From NCBI GenBank assembly GCA_016432445.1, contig CP066689.1, forward strand, positions 930,001 through 962,000: DNA of 32,000 bases. Direction: 5' to 3'. Position numbers and translations under genes: made by a program. The notes under the pieces are model-generated. The model saw only the letters and a program-made list of their open reading frames with translations. It did not search any database and was not told where the DNA came from. Shown here in pieces: positions 1-9,400 of the stretch (positions are counted from its first letter, which is position 1; each line of letters opens with the position of its first letter). Origin of the DNA: Candidatus Saccharimonadota bacterium (GTDB lineage Bacteria; Patescibacteriota; Microgenomatia; UBA1406; GWC2-37-13).

Positions 1-421
1 ATGCACCTGATGTGGCCATACAGGTTGAGGTTGAAGCAATCAAGCCTAAGATAAACACTGTTGACAGAGTTAATCCGGCGGCAGTATTAAACTCAGGCAG
101 AAGATTCAGTTCTTGAGCAAAAAAATAAAGAATAAAAAATATAACAGCTATAGCTCCCGCATTAAAAACACGGTTAAGATAAGGTTCTGTTTCTTCTCTT
201 TCTCCTTTTTCTAAAATCGCATATCCATACTGAATAATCTTGCGATTTAGCGTGTGATGATTTAAATGCCCAGTGTAATAAACTTCTGTTTTTTGGGTGC
301 GGAAATTGGCTTTAACTTTTTTTACATTATCAACTTCTGCAAACTTATCCTGAATCAAAATATCACAGGAAGGACAGTGCATTCCTTTAATATGCACTGT
401 TGTTTTTTTTATGTCAGTCAT
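1..421 (-). CDS. HMA-domain (heavy-metal-associated) membrane protein, 5' part only; ORF continues past the left edge
   Basis: Absent from the ORF track because it is open at position 1. My translation of the minus strand from ATG (complement of 419-421) gives MTDIKKTTVHIKGMHCPSCDILIQDKFAEVDNVKKVKANF..., which carries the GMxCxxC HMA motif. Hydrophobic segments follow (AIAVIFFILYFFA; TVFILGLIASTSTCMA). The gene is divergent from csoR. Confidence 0.6.
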   Translation of the reverse strand, partial: MTDIKKTTVHIKGMHCPSCDILIQDKFAEVDNVKKVKANFRTQKTEVYYTGHLNHHTLNRKIIQYGYAILEKGEREETEPYLNRVFNAGAIAVIFFILYFFAQELNLLPEFNTAAGLTLSTVFILGLIASTSTCMATSGA

Positions 422-436
422 AGATAATTATTTTAC

Positions 437-465
437 TTGATTTTACTTATAAATCAATTTATAAT
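437..465 (+). promoter_or_regulatory. sigma70-like promoter of the csoR-cupredoxin-copA unit
   Basis: TTGATT (437-442), 17-nt spacer, TATAAT (460-465), lying 22 nt upstream of the ATG at 488. Confidence 0.45.
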
Positions 466-484
466 ATCCCTATGGGGGGGATTA
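464..484. promoter_or_regulatory. CsoR-operator-like C-tract/G-tract inverted repeat overlapping the -10 box
   Basis: ATATCCCTATGGGGGGGATTA, with arms ATCCC and GGGAT. This is the only G/C run in an AT-rich intergenic region. It resembles the pseudo-palindromic C/G-tract operators known for CsoR repressors. Confidence 0.4.
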
Positions 485-487
485 CAC

Positions 488-757
488 ATGTTTAAACCAA
501 AAAATACAAAAGAACGGATTCTTCACCGCCTAAAAATATCCTTAGGCCATTTAAAAAAAATTGTTGAAATGGTTGAAAACCAACAGTACTGTATTGACAT
601 CTTACACCAATCGCAAGCGGTTCAAAAAGCTTTAAAAGAAACAGATAATATCATACTGGAAAATCATCTTAAATCATGCGCCGCTGACGCTATAAAAAAA
701 GGCAATAAAGATAAAGCCATTGCCGAAATTATTACTATTTTTAAGAAAAGTAACTAA
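488..757 (+). CDS. csoR: CsoR/RcnR-family copper-sensing transcriptional repressor
   Basis: MFKPKNTKERILHRLKISLGHLKKIVEMVE... The C-H-C ligand pattern of the family is present (YCIDIL ... ENHLKSC). The ATG at 488 is preferred over the track's TTG at 437, which would read through the promoter. Confidence 0.85.
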   Translation: MFKPKNTKERILHRLKISLGHLKKIVEMVENQQYCIDILHQSQAVQKALKETDNIILENHLKSCAADAIKKGNKDKAIAEIITIFKKSN

Positions 758-1119
758 TGAGCTTTGATAAAGTTTTAGTCATCGTAAGCGGCATTATTGG
801 AATTGTTTTCACTTACTGGTTTTTTTTGGCCAAACGTGAAAAAGTTACCGAAATTGCAGACTCTTCTGTTGATATCATTGTTGAAGGCGGCTACTCCCCT
901 AATATTATTGCTATTCCAAAGAATAAAACTACAAAAATAAATTTTTTAAGAAAAGATTCAAATGATTGTTTGGATGAAGTGGTTTTAGGTGATTTTAAAA
1001 TAAGAAAAAAACTCCCGCTTAATGAAAAAGTAACTATTGAGCTGACACCTAAAAAATCCGGGGAGTTTACTTACTCCTGCGGAATGAATATGTACCACGG
1101 GAAGATCATAGTTAAGTAA
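757..1119 (+). CDS. membrane-anchored cupredoxin-like copper-binding protein
   Basis: N-terminal TM helix (VLVIVSGIIGIVFTYWFFL). The C-terminal FTYSCGMNMYHGKIIV supplies Cys/Met/His ligands as in cupredoxin-like domains encoded beside copA. Its start overlaps the csoR stop in TAATG. Confidence 0.7.
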   Translation: MSFDKVLVIVSGIIGIVFTYWFFLAKREKVTEIADSSVDIIVEGGYSPNIIAIPKNKTTKINFLRKDSNDCLDEVVLGDFKIRKKLPLNEKVTIELTPKKSGEFTYSCGMNMYHGKIIVK

Positions 1120-1220
1120 ATCCAAATTTCAAAATCCAAATAACAAATGTCAAACATTCATTTAACATTTGACATTTGAGCTTTGGATTTGATTTGACAT
1201 TTGTCATTTGGATTTTAGAT
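1119..1220. repeat. degenerate-heptamer palindromic repeat, family C (AAATCCAAA / CAAATGTCAAA with their complements)
   Basis: tccaaatttcaaaatccaaataacaaatgtcaaaca is followed by its inverted complement tttgacatttgagctttggatttgatttgacatttgtcatttgga. A second copy lies at 23257-23315. Confidence 0.7.
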
Positions 1221-1228
1221 TTAAAGAT

Positions 1229-3520
1229 ATGAATATAAAAAAAACATTTGCTATTAAAGGCATGCATTGCGCTTCTTGCGTTTATGTTATTGAAAGCGCT
1301 TTAAAAAAAGTTAATGGCGTAAGCCAAGCCAATGTTAACTTAGCTATTGAAAAAGCGACAGTTACTTATGATCCTGAAAAAGTAACAGATGAAAAATTAA
1401 TGTCTGCTGTAGCCAACGTAGGTTATAAGGCTTCAATTAAAGAAGAAATAGAAACAGAGGATAAAGAAAAAGAGGAAAAACAACAAGAATTAAAAAAACT
1501 TTTAACAGAGGTTATTGTCAGTTTAGGTTTAGGATTACTCATTCTTTTTGGAAGTTTTCCTAAATTATCAGATTTTGCTCCTGTAATTTTAAAAAATCCG
1601 CTAGTTTTGTTAATCTTAGCCACTCCGGTTCAGTTTTGGGCAGGCTCAAGATTTTATCGAGCCACTATCCCTGCCCTTAAGCACCGTACTGCCAACATGG
1701 ACACTTTGGTAGTAATAGGAACAACAGTCGCCTACTTTTACTCCGCCATTGTTACCTTCTTTCCGGATGTAGTAAAAAAAATAGGTATTGAACCAATGCC
1801 TTACTTTGATGTATCAGTAATAATAATTGCTCTTATTTTACTCGGACGTTATTTTGAAGCTAAAGCCAAGGCTGGGACATCAGAGGCAATTAAAAAACTT
1901 ATCGGTCTTCAAGCAAAAACAGCAAGAGTTATCCGTAATGGAAAAGAAATTGACGTACTCATAAATGAAGTACTGATCGGTGATGTCATAAGAGTCAGAC
2001 CAGGTGAAAAAATACCCGTTGACGGAGTTATCACCGAAGGTGAATCATCAATAGATGAATCAATGGTTACTGGAGAAAGCATACCAGTTGATAAGTTTAG
2101 AAACGATACAGTTATCGGCGCCACTATCAATAAATCAGGCACTTTTCTTTATAAAGCGACTAAAGTCGGTCAGGAAACAATGCTAGCTCAGATCATAAAA
2201 ATGGTTCAGGAAGCTCAAGGCAGTAAAGCGCCAATTCAGCGATTGGCTGATTTAATTTCTTCGTACTTTGTTCCGGTAGTAATCATGCTGGCCATATTTA
2301 CTTTTGTTGTCTGGTATGTTTTTGGTCCTTCACCGGCTCTTCTTTTTGCCATTTTAAATACAGTTGCAGTACTCATTATTGCCTGTCCTTGCGCTATGGG
2401 CTTAGCTACCCCAACAGCCATAATGGTTGGCACAGGACTTGGAGCTGAACATGGAATTCTTATAAAAGATGCCCAAAGTCTGGAAACCGCCCACAAAATA
2501 AACACTGTTATTTTTGATAAAACCGGAACATTGACTAAAGGTAAGCCTGAGGTAACAGATATTATTGTTCTGGGTTCTGGGTCATGGGTTATGGGTAGTA
2601 AAAAAACTCAGAACTCACAACTCATAACTCACAACCTATTACGATTGGCTGCCTCTCTTGAAAAAGGATCGGAACATTCATTGGGTGAAGCTATTGTTAA
2701 AAAAGCAGAAGAAGAAAAATTGAATTTAAAAAAAGTGAATAATTTTATAGCTGTTCCTGGACACGGAATTGAAGGAATGATTGATAATAAAAAAATCTTT
2801 ATTGGTAATCGAAAACTTATGATGAGGGAAAAAATTTCAGTTGATTCTTCAGAAGATAAAATCAGTCAGCTTGAACAGGAAGGCAAAACAGTTATGATGA
2901 TTGCTATTCAAAACTCTCAACCCTCAACCCACACCCCAGAATTACTTGGACTAATTGCTGTTGCCGACACCTTAAAAGAAACTTCAATGGAGGCTGTAGA
3001 GAAATTAAATAAAATGGGTATAGAAACAATTATGATCACAGGTGACAACCAAAGAACTGCCAACGCTATTGCTAGAAAAGTTGGCATTGAAAGAGTTTTG
3101 GCTGAGGTTTTACCAGAAGAAAAAGTAAATGAAGTTAAAAAAATTCAAGCTGAGAATAAAAAAGTTGCTATGGTTGGTGACGGCATTAATGATGCGCCTG
3201 CTCTAGCTCAGGCAGATGTTGGTATTGCAATGGGAAGTGGTACTGACGTTGCCATTGAAGCAGCTGATATAACTCTTATCAATAAAGATCTGCGTTCAGT
3301 GGTTTCAGCAATTATTCTTTCAAAAAAAACCATGAGAACAATTAAGTTGAATTTATTCTGGGCTTTCGGCTATAACATAATACTTATACCAGTGGCTATA
3401 GGAATACTTTACCCTTTCTTAGGGATTCTTTTAAATCCAATCTTCGCATCTGCCGCCATGGCTTTATCCTCTATTTCGGTTGTTACTAACTCTTTGTTGT
3501 TGAAAAAAGTAAAAATATAA
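1229..3520 (+). CDS. copA: Cu(I)-translocating P1B-type ATPase
   Basis: Motifs present: N-terminal HMA (GMHCASC), membrane CPC ([11 protein letters not shown]), DKTGT phosphorylation site, TGDN, and GDGINDAP hinge. The ATG at 1229 (MNIKKTF) is preferred over the TTG at 1208, which lies inside the hairpin repeat. Confidence 0.95.
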   Translation: MNIKKTFAIKGMHCASCVYVIESALKKVNGVSQANVNLAIEKATVTYDPEKVTDEKLMSAVANVGYKASIKEEIETEDKEKEEKQQELKKLLTEVIVSLGLGLLILFGSFPKLSDFAPVILKNPLVLLILATPVQFWAGSRFYRATIPALKHRTANMDTLVVIGTTVAYFYSAIVTFFPDVVKKIGIEPMPYFDVSVIIIALILLGRYFEAKAKAGTSEAIKKLIGLQAKTARVIRNGKEIDVLINEVLIGDVIRVRPGEKIPVDGVITEGESSIDESMVTGESIPVDKFRNDTVIGATINKSGTFLYKATKVGQETMLAQIIKMVQEAQGSKAPIQRLADLISSYFVPVVIMLAIFTFVVWYVFGPSPALLFAILNTVAVLIIACPCAMGLATPTAIMVGTGLGAEHGILIKDAQSLETAHKINTVIFDKTGTLTKGKPEVTDIIVLGSGSWVMGSKKTQNSQLITHNLLRLAASLEKGSEHSLGEAIVKKAEEEKLNLKKVNNFIAVPGHGIEGMIDNKKIFIGNRKLMMREKISVDSSEDKISQLEQEGKTVMMIAIQNSQPSTHTPELLGLIAVADTLKETSMEAVEKLNKMGIETIMITGDNQRTANAIARKVGIERVLAEVLPEEKVNEVKKIQAENKKVAMVGDGINDAPALAQADVGIAMGSGTDVAIEAADITLINKDLRSVVSAIILSKKTMRTIKLNLFWAFGYNIILIPVAIGILYPFLGILLNPIFASAAMALSSISVVTNSLLLKKVKI
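2567..2635 (+). repeat. family A palindromic repeat (GGGTTATG-type octamers plus complement) inserted in frame in copA
   Basis: gttctgggttctgggtcatgggttatgggt-agtaaaaaa-actcagaactcacaactcataactcacaac. It is 69 nt (23 codons) and translates as [23 protein letters not shown], located between the DKTGT region and [10 protein letters not shown] half-copy (ctctcaaccctcaacccacacccc) lies at about 2915-2938. Confidence 0.75.
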
Positions 3521-3550
3521 CGATTACAATTTTTATAATTGTTATAAATA

Positions 3551-4897
3551 TTATATAGCTGAGGTTTTTTCTACGCTATAGAATTTTACGCGGTCACCTC
3601 TAAACATAAGATCAATCTCCCCTACTGAGCCGTTACGGTGTTTAGCAATATTAAGCTTGATCATTTTTTTTGACTTATCCATAATATCTTCATTATCATC
3701 TTCATAGTAAAGAAACATCACTACATCCGCATCCTGTTCAATAGCTCCCGATTCTCTCAAATCCGCAAGCTGTGGTTTTTTAATTCCTCTGTGTTCTACA
3801 GCGCGGGATAATTGAGATATAGCTAAAACCGGTATTCTAAGTTCCCGGGCTAAATTTTTTAACCCTTGGGAAACAAAAGAAACTTCCTGGACACGCGACT
3901 CAAAACGTTTACCGGCATCAGCAAGCTGAAGGTAATCAACCACCAAAAGTTTAATATCTTTATCTATTTTTAATTTCCTTGCTTTAGTCCTCATTTCAAG
4001 AACTGAAATACCAGGAGTATCATCAATAAAAATGGGCGCGCTGGAAAGATCACCCATGGCTTCCAAAAGCTGAGCCCGCTCCTCAGATGTTAATCGGCCA
4101 GTCTTCAAACGCCAAGCGTCAATATCAGCCTGACCAACTAGCAATCTGTCAACCAACTCTTCCTTACTCATCTCAAGCGAAAAAAAACCTACTGGTATTT
4201 TATGTTTGGCCGCCGCATTAAGCGTAATATTTAGAGCAAATGTTGTTTTACCAATTCCTGGACGCGCCGCCAGTATCAAAAGATTTGAGTCCTGCATACC
4301 GGCAAGTTTGTTATCTAGGTCATTAAAACTAGTTGGCACTCCTCGAAGATGCCCGCCACTTTTCATCAGTTCCTCTAACCTATCTAGACTTTCGGTAAGT
4401 ATTTCTTTAAGTTCAATAAAATCTCTATGAGACTGCTGTTGGGAAAGTGAGAAAATCTCAGACTCAGCAAAATCCAAAAGTTTTCTAGTGTCGCCTTTGT
4501 TATCAAATGATCTCTCGACCATGCGGGACGAGACCTCGATCAATTTTCTTTTTATATAATGATCTTTGACTATGTGAGCGTAGTTCTCGGCATAAGCTGA
4601 GGTGGGAACTGTGTTTATAAGTTCAGATAAATAACCTGCACCGCCGATTTTTATTAAAATTCCCTGATGCTGAAGTTCATTTTTTAAAGTTACTACATCT
4701 ATAGGCTGCTGTTTCTCAAAAAGTGAGATCATGGCTGAGAAAATAAGCTGATGTTCTAGTGAGTAAAAATAGTCAGCCTTGACAAACTCAGCCACTAAAT
4801 GAATGGCTGATGAATCTATTAAGATTGATCCCAAGACAGATTTTTCAGCTTCAAGATCATGGGGAGGTACTTTTAAAACATCAACCGGCGTAGTCAT
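3551..4897 (-). CDS. dnaB: replicative DNA helicase DnaB
   Basis: N-terminal PPHDLEAEKSVLGSIL, Walker A ARPGIGKTTFALN, and VVDYLQL and ISQLSR motifs. At 448 aa there is no room for an intein. Confidence 0.95.
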   Translation of the reverse strand: MTTPVDVLKVPPHDLEAEKSVLGSILIDSSAIHLVAEFVKADYFYSLEHQLIFSAMISLFEKQQPIDVVTLKNELQHQGILIKIGGAGYLSELINTVPTSAYAENYAHIVKDHYIKRKLIEVSSRMVERSFDNKGDTRKLLDFAESEIFSLSQQQSHRDFIELKEILTESLDRLEELMKSGGHLRGVPTSFNDLDNKLAGMQDSNLLILAARPGIGKTTFALNITLNAAAKHKIPVGFFSLEMSKEELVDRLLVGQADIDAWRLKTGRLTSEERAQLLEAMGDLSSAPIFIDDTPGISVLEMRTKARKLKIDKDIKLLVVDYLQLADAGKRFESRVQEVSFVSQGLKNLARELRIPVLAISQLSRAVEHRGIKKPQLADLRESGAIEQDADVVMFLYYEDDNEDIMDKSKKMIKLNIAKHRNGSVGEIDLMFRGDRVKFYSVEKTSAI

Positions 4898-4922
4898 TAA
4901 TAACGAACATTAAATATTAACT

Positions 4923-5016
4923 GATCTTAGATGTTAGATCTGAGATCTTAGATTAAATAAAAAATTTTAATACCAAAAATCGAATATCAAAGATCTAAGA
5001 TCAAAGATCTCAAATC
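4923..5016. repeat. family B palindromic repeat (AGATCT-based heptamers/octamers)
   Basis: gatcttagatgttagatctgagatcttagat ... atcaaagatctaagatcaaagatctcaaatctt. Smaller relatives lie at about 20290-20318, 22513-22535 and 24241-24252. Confidence 0.65.
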
Positions 5017-5664
5017 TTAAGAGGCCATCACAATAACCTTCTGTTCTTCGCTTAAATCTTCTTTCTTAACCACCAGTTTGTCAACTGGGTTTACCTCATC
5101 AATCCCCATCTCTTTCAGAAAATCAGAAACCGGTGATAATTTGGAACGAAGCTCTTCAGACAGTTTTTCCTGACTATAGTGCATTGGAATTATGATTGAA
5201 GGATCTAGTTTTTTAACTAAGGAAGCCGCAGTTGTTGCATCTATGGTGTAAGTTCCTCCGATGGGTACAAATAAAATATCAATATTACCTATTTCTTCAT
5301 AAAGTTCATCGTTAAGTAAATCTCCTAGATCACCACAATGAAGTAGTGTAAGATTTTCTGCTTCAATTTTATAAAGAATATTTTCGCCTCTCTCCAGACC
5401 TTTTTTGTTATCATGGTACCACTTATAGCCAAAAACTCGAATACCGTTTTTTTCAAACTCTCCCGGCCAATCAATAACAAGAGGATCGCCGCTGACTCCT
5501 TGAACAAAGTTATGATCGGCATGAGAATGAGATATGGTTACCACATCTGCTTCTATTTTAGGAAAACTCATCCCAACCATTTGAGAACTGAAAGGATCAG
5601 TCACCAGTTTAGCATCTTTTGTTTTTATCAAGAAAGCCGAGTGGCCCAAATATTTAATTTCCAT
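5017..5664 (-). CDS. MBL-fold metallo-hydrolase
   Basis: MEIKYLGHSAFLIKT... with the HxHxDH motif (SHSHADHN). The start is placed at the ATG at 5664 rather than the track's upstream extension. Confidence 0.8.
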   Translation of the reverse strand: MEIKYLGHSAFLIKTKDAKLVTDPFSSQMVGMSFPKIEADVVTISHSHADHNFVQGVSGDPLVIDWPGEFEKNGIRVFGYKWYHDNKKGLERGENILYKIEAENLTLLHCGDLGDLLNDELYEEIGNIDILFVPIGGTYTIDATTAASLVKKLDPSIIIPMHYSQEKLSEELRSKLSPVSDFLKEMGIDEVNPVDKLVVKKEDLSEEQKVIVMAS

Positions 5665-5726
5665 AGGTAGAAAGCAGAATAACAAAAAAATTTATGAAAG
5701 TCAAAAGAAATCAGCTATAACAATAC

Positions 5727-5823
5727 TGTCATTGCGAGGAGGCGTAGCCGACGCGGCAATATCATTGAAGATTGCTTCACTTCGTCAAGTACAGACCTGT
5801 ACCTGACTTCGTTCGCAATGACA
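5727..5823. repeat. GC-rich palindromic element with 11-bp perfect terminal inverted repeats
   Basis: TGTCATTGCGA (5727-5737) pairs with TCGCAATGACA (5813-5823). Inner hairpins are GAAGattgCTTC and GTCAaGTACAgaccTGTACcTGAC, the latter flanked by direct ACTTCGT. Confidence 0.6.
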
Positions 5824-5827
5824 AAAC

Positions 5828-6256
5828 TCACTTACATATATATTGTTTGACCTCAACTCTTTCTTTCTCAGGTAATTTATCAATTTGTTTAACAATAGCC
5901 TCAACTGTCGTTTGAATAATAGTCTGAGTAACAGTTTCGGCTGATTTAGAAGCAGTACTTTGTAACAAACGAGTAGTTTCCCCTAATACATTATTTGTTA
6001 AGTCTTTAGCTTTACTTATTGGTGCATCCAAGAAGGCAGTCAAATTTTTTTTAGTTTCTGTTATTAAATCTGCTGATGGAGTCGGCGTTGAAGTAACTGA
6101 AGTTTGAGCTTCATCACCTAAAATTTGCGGATTTTCAGATGAAGGAATACTGTTCCCAACTCTAGTAAAAATTGCTGCGCCGCTAATAACTGCTAAAGCC
6201 AAAACTATTTTTAAGACCGTTACTTTATGTTCCAAAAGGTAAGAAACTACTGACAT
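5828..6256 (-). CDS. hypothetical N-terminally membrane-anchored protein
   Basis: One N-terminal TM helix (VLKIVLALAVISGAAIF) followed by a Ser/Thr-rich, probably extracytoplasmic region. I recognise no family. Confidence 0.5.
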   Translation of the reverse strand: MSVVSYLLEHKVTVLKIVLALAVISGAAIFTRVGNSIPSSENPQILGDEAQTSVTSTPTPSADLITETKKNLTAFLDAPISKAKDLTNNVLGETTRLLQSTASKSAETVTQTIIQTTVEAIVKQIDKLPEKERVEVKQYICK

Positions 6257-6262
6257 AATCTT

Positions 6263-6268
6263 ATTATA
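6263..6268 (-). promoter_or_regulatory. -10 box placed for a leaderless transcript of the 5828-6256 gene
   Basis: On the minus strand: TATAAT, then 6 nt (AAGATT), then ATG (start at 6256). Confidence 0.35.
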
Positions 6269-6287
6269 TATTGTAAAATATTAAGTT

Positions 6288-6352
6288 GGTTATGGGTTTT
6301 GGGTTGTGGGTTCTGGGTTTTAACTCATCACTCATAACCCATAACTCAGAAC
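6288..6352. repeat. family A palindromic repeat, intergenic copy
   Basis: ggttatgggttttgggttgtgggttctgggtttt-aactcatcactcataacccataactcagaac. It shares its ends (GGTTATGGGTT ... CCCATAACTCAGAAC) with the copy at 10868-10938. Confidence 0.75.
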
Positions 6353-6364
6353 GAATTTCAAAAT

Positions 6365-6436
6365 GCCCGGATGGCTCAGTGGTAGAGCGAGTTCTTGGTA
6401 AGAACTAGGCCGCGGGTTCGATTCCCGCTTCGGGCT
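6365..6436 (+). tRNA. tRNA-Thr, anticodon GGU
   Basis: Folded by hand. Acceptor stem GCCCGGA/TTCGGGC (one G-U pair), D stem GCTC/GAGC, anticodon stem AGTTC/GAACT with loop TTGGTAA (anticodon 6397-6399), T stem GCGGG/CCCGC with loop TTCGATT. No encoded CCA. Confidence 0.9.
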
Positions 6437-9400
6437 CAAGAGCTGACCAGACGACATCCATATCTTTTAAACGATATGACGGCATATAAGAAAAAACTTT
6501 CCCTTCGTCGAAGGAATATTCTTTATTAACATCTTTAATCCTCTTATCTATCGCCTTTTCAAACTCTCCACCAGCTCTGTTTGTTCTAATCGATGAGTTT
6601 TTAGAAACAGCTACCACATCAAAATTATTGCCGAGGGCGAATTTTTCCAAAACTCCCATTATTCCTGAAAATAAAGCGCCCTCGTCAACCGAATAGAGAT
6701 AAGTACTGGAAGGATTAAGTGAAGCCGTAAGTATTCTTTTTCCATTTTTATCAGTAAAGTGATGCAAAAGAACCAACCCCTGACATTGAAAATTTCCCGG
6801 ATCTTGAAAGACAAGCTGAAAATAATTTGACATGTCCCATAAATTTTTCTTTCCTCGGTCAGGATTATCTTTTGAGACACAGACTCCCCCTACCATTCTG
6901 GCATTGGCACTCTCTTTTGTTTTAGTGAAATAGGCATTTAAAACTTCCCGCTTTGTACCTTTTTCAGATTCAAACTTTTGTAGATTTCCTTCTGTAACTC
7001 CACGTTCTTCTTCAAAAATATCGATAAATCTTTGAGCGGTATAGGAAGCAAATTCCTCCCGGTCATATTCACCTTTTAAAATTTGCAGTTCAGAGTTTAG
7101 GGCTTCTTGAAGATTTATCTCTCCGAGATGAATAGATTTAGGATCGGTATCCTTCCCGGCAATCAATTTTAACGCTTCAAAGCTTCGTTCTCTTTGAGAT
7201 CTTAACATACCGTATAATTTCTTAGTATGAAGATTTGTAGAACTGGACGATTTTTCTGATAATCCGTGCGTCACTCCTTCATACTTTGCAATAATTTTTT
7301 GAACTTCTTCTTCTGAGTATTTCCTATTATTTCTTACCTCAAGAATTTTACGAACTTGGGTCACGAAATCTTGCGACATACCTAGTTTTTTTACCTGCAT
7401 TCTATTGAGTTTTTCCTGTCTGGACTGGCTTTGATTACTGCTTCCCAACATTGCGAAATATTTTTTCATCTGTTCTTCTACTTGCGGATTACCAAATCCG
7501 GCAGTCACCAATCTTTTATTAACTTCTTTGATTTTGTCTGAATAAAATTGGGATAGTTCACAAAGAAGTGCATAATCTCGATTGGAAGCCCCATATACAC
7601 GATCGTTAGTCCCTTGAATAAATCCGGCTATATCTTCAAAATAAGCAAATTCGTAAGTTATCATCAGGTCTTTTAATAAATTCAAATCTATTCCATTTTC
7701 ATGGTAAATAGATTCAGATAAGATTAAAAAAAAATTTTGTTCGACAGATAAAGAAGCCCTATCAATCCCTTCAAACACACCCCTTTTGACCAGTTCAGTA
7801 AAATATTGATCTATATTTACGCCTAAATTCTTTTTCAGCTGTTCTACATCCCCACCGGCTTCCTGAAGTTTTCTCTGAACCGCATAAATCGGTTTTTGCA
7901 AATCTATTAAAACCTGTGAATCCACCAATTCCCCCTGTCTCAACCTCACCAAAGACTGACTTAAAAGATCAATTTGATAACGAGGTTCTATTTTAAACTC
8001 AGCCAAATCCCCGCTTCTATCGCTACACTCTTCAACTCTTTCGTACGACCCCCATTGTCCACTATTATTTGGATAAACATGCCGCACCAAATCCTTAAAA
8101 AAAGGCACTTTCCTTTCTTCCTCAGAAATATCCGAAGAGGCTATTAGCTTATCGGATATGGAAAGTAATCTCGATATGTATATCTCCGCCTGCCCACTTT
8201 CCACCGCCTGCTTATAACCGCCGATTATTGCCGGGGAAACAGCTCTGAACCGGTTAACAAAATCCAGAAAAATTTTTCTATCTTCTGCCGTAATTACCCC
8301 CGCTTTAATGCAATCCACATATCCTTTAAAAATATCAAGAGATCTACTGCCTGAAATCCCAACTACTTGATTGATAAAATCAATATCCTTATTATCTTTT
8401 AAAAACATTTGTATATTCTCTGTAACAAATTCTTTGACAGGCTCCATCTTTTCATCAGTCATCCATGCGCATTTTTGAGGAACAGTTATAAAAAAATCTA
8501 ACCATACTGAAGACTGATCAGTTAATCCTCCATTGGTACCAATTTCCTTTAAAGCTTCTTCCCTAAATTTATCTTCCAATGATAGGCATTTATTCCAGAA
8601 GTTTTGTTCTTTTTCCGATAGTAAACTTATAATATTTTTATCACCAGAGCCGATATCCCCTCCTAATAATCGTTGCGCGTTATTTTTGGCTAAATAATTG
8701 ACCAGCAAAGAATAGTTGGGAACGCCTCCTTTTAAAAATTCATGCCCATAATTAAGAAAGAAAGTTTCTCCCAGCTTCATCGCATGATGCTCTTCAGCTC
8801 GGGAAGGATATCTAAAAAAATTAAATAGATATTTAACATTATATAAGTCATTAGGACAATTATCATCGTCAAAAAATGTTGTTAAGAATTTTAATTCCGT
8901 AGATTTCTCTCGACTTGAACTTTTTGGTAATCCTTTTGCATATTCCAAACCTTCTAATAAAAACGCATAAGTTAGTTGTTTTACCGGTTGTCCATTCTCT
9001 ACAGCCTCTTGAACATAGGTAGAAAATTTATCCTTATTATTTAGAAGAAACGCGGACACCTCATCATAACTCGTGTGACCTAACAAAAACTTCCAGAATT
9101 GATGATCGCTTTCTGGAAGTTTCTCAAGCTCAATACTTTCCCTGATATTGTCATAATCCAGCCTACCGTAGGTATAAAATTTTGAAAAAAGTTTTCTTCT
9201 TTCCTGGGGAGTTTCAGCTAGTCTGGCCGCCAAAACAAGCGCTTCTTTTATTGCTTTTTTATTTCCCGGCCTTAGAGCAATTTTTATACCTCCCAGATTA
9301 TAAGTATCTATCTCATCATTATTTTCAGCTTTAAAATAATCCTTTAAAAATCCCTCCAGTTCATCCGGCTCTCCCCCTTCACTACTACTTAATTTGGAAA

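Noticed and set aside
1119-1220. CRISPR array interpretation of the short repeated units (also considered for 2567, 4923, 6288, 10868 and 23257)
   Set aside because: The units are 7-8 nt, degenerate and contiguous, and are followed by their own complement. There are no unique spacers of 25-40 nt and no cas genes.
1423-2505. Minus-strand ORFs of 66, 77 and 89 aa inside copA
   Set aside because: They are antisense shadows of a strongly supported P-type ATPase gene, with low-complexity translations and no start-site signals.
4206-5670. Small ORFs antisense or out of frame within dnaB and the MBL-hydrolase gene (4206-4430, 5325-5522, 5413-5670)
   Set aside because: They are fully nested in well-supported genes and are shadow ORFs.
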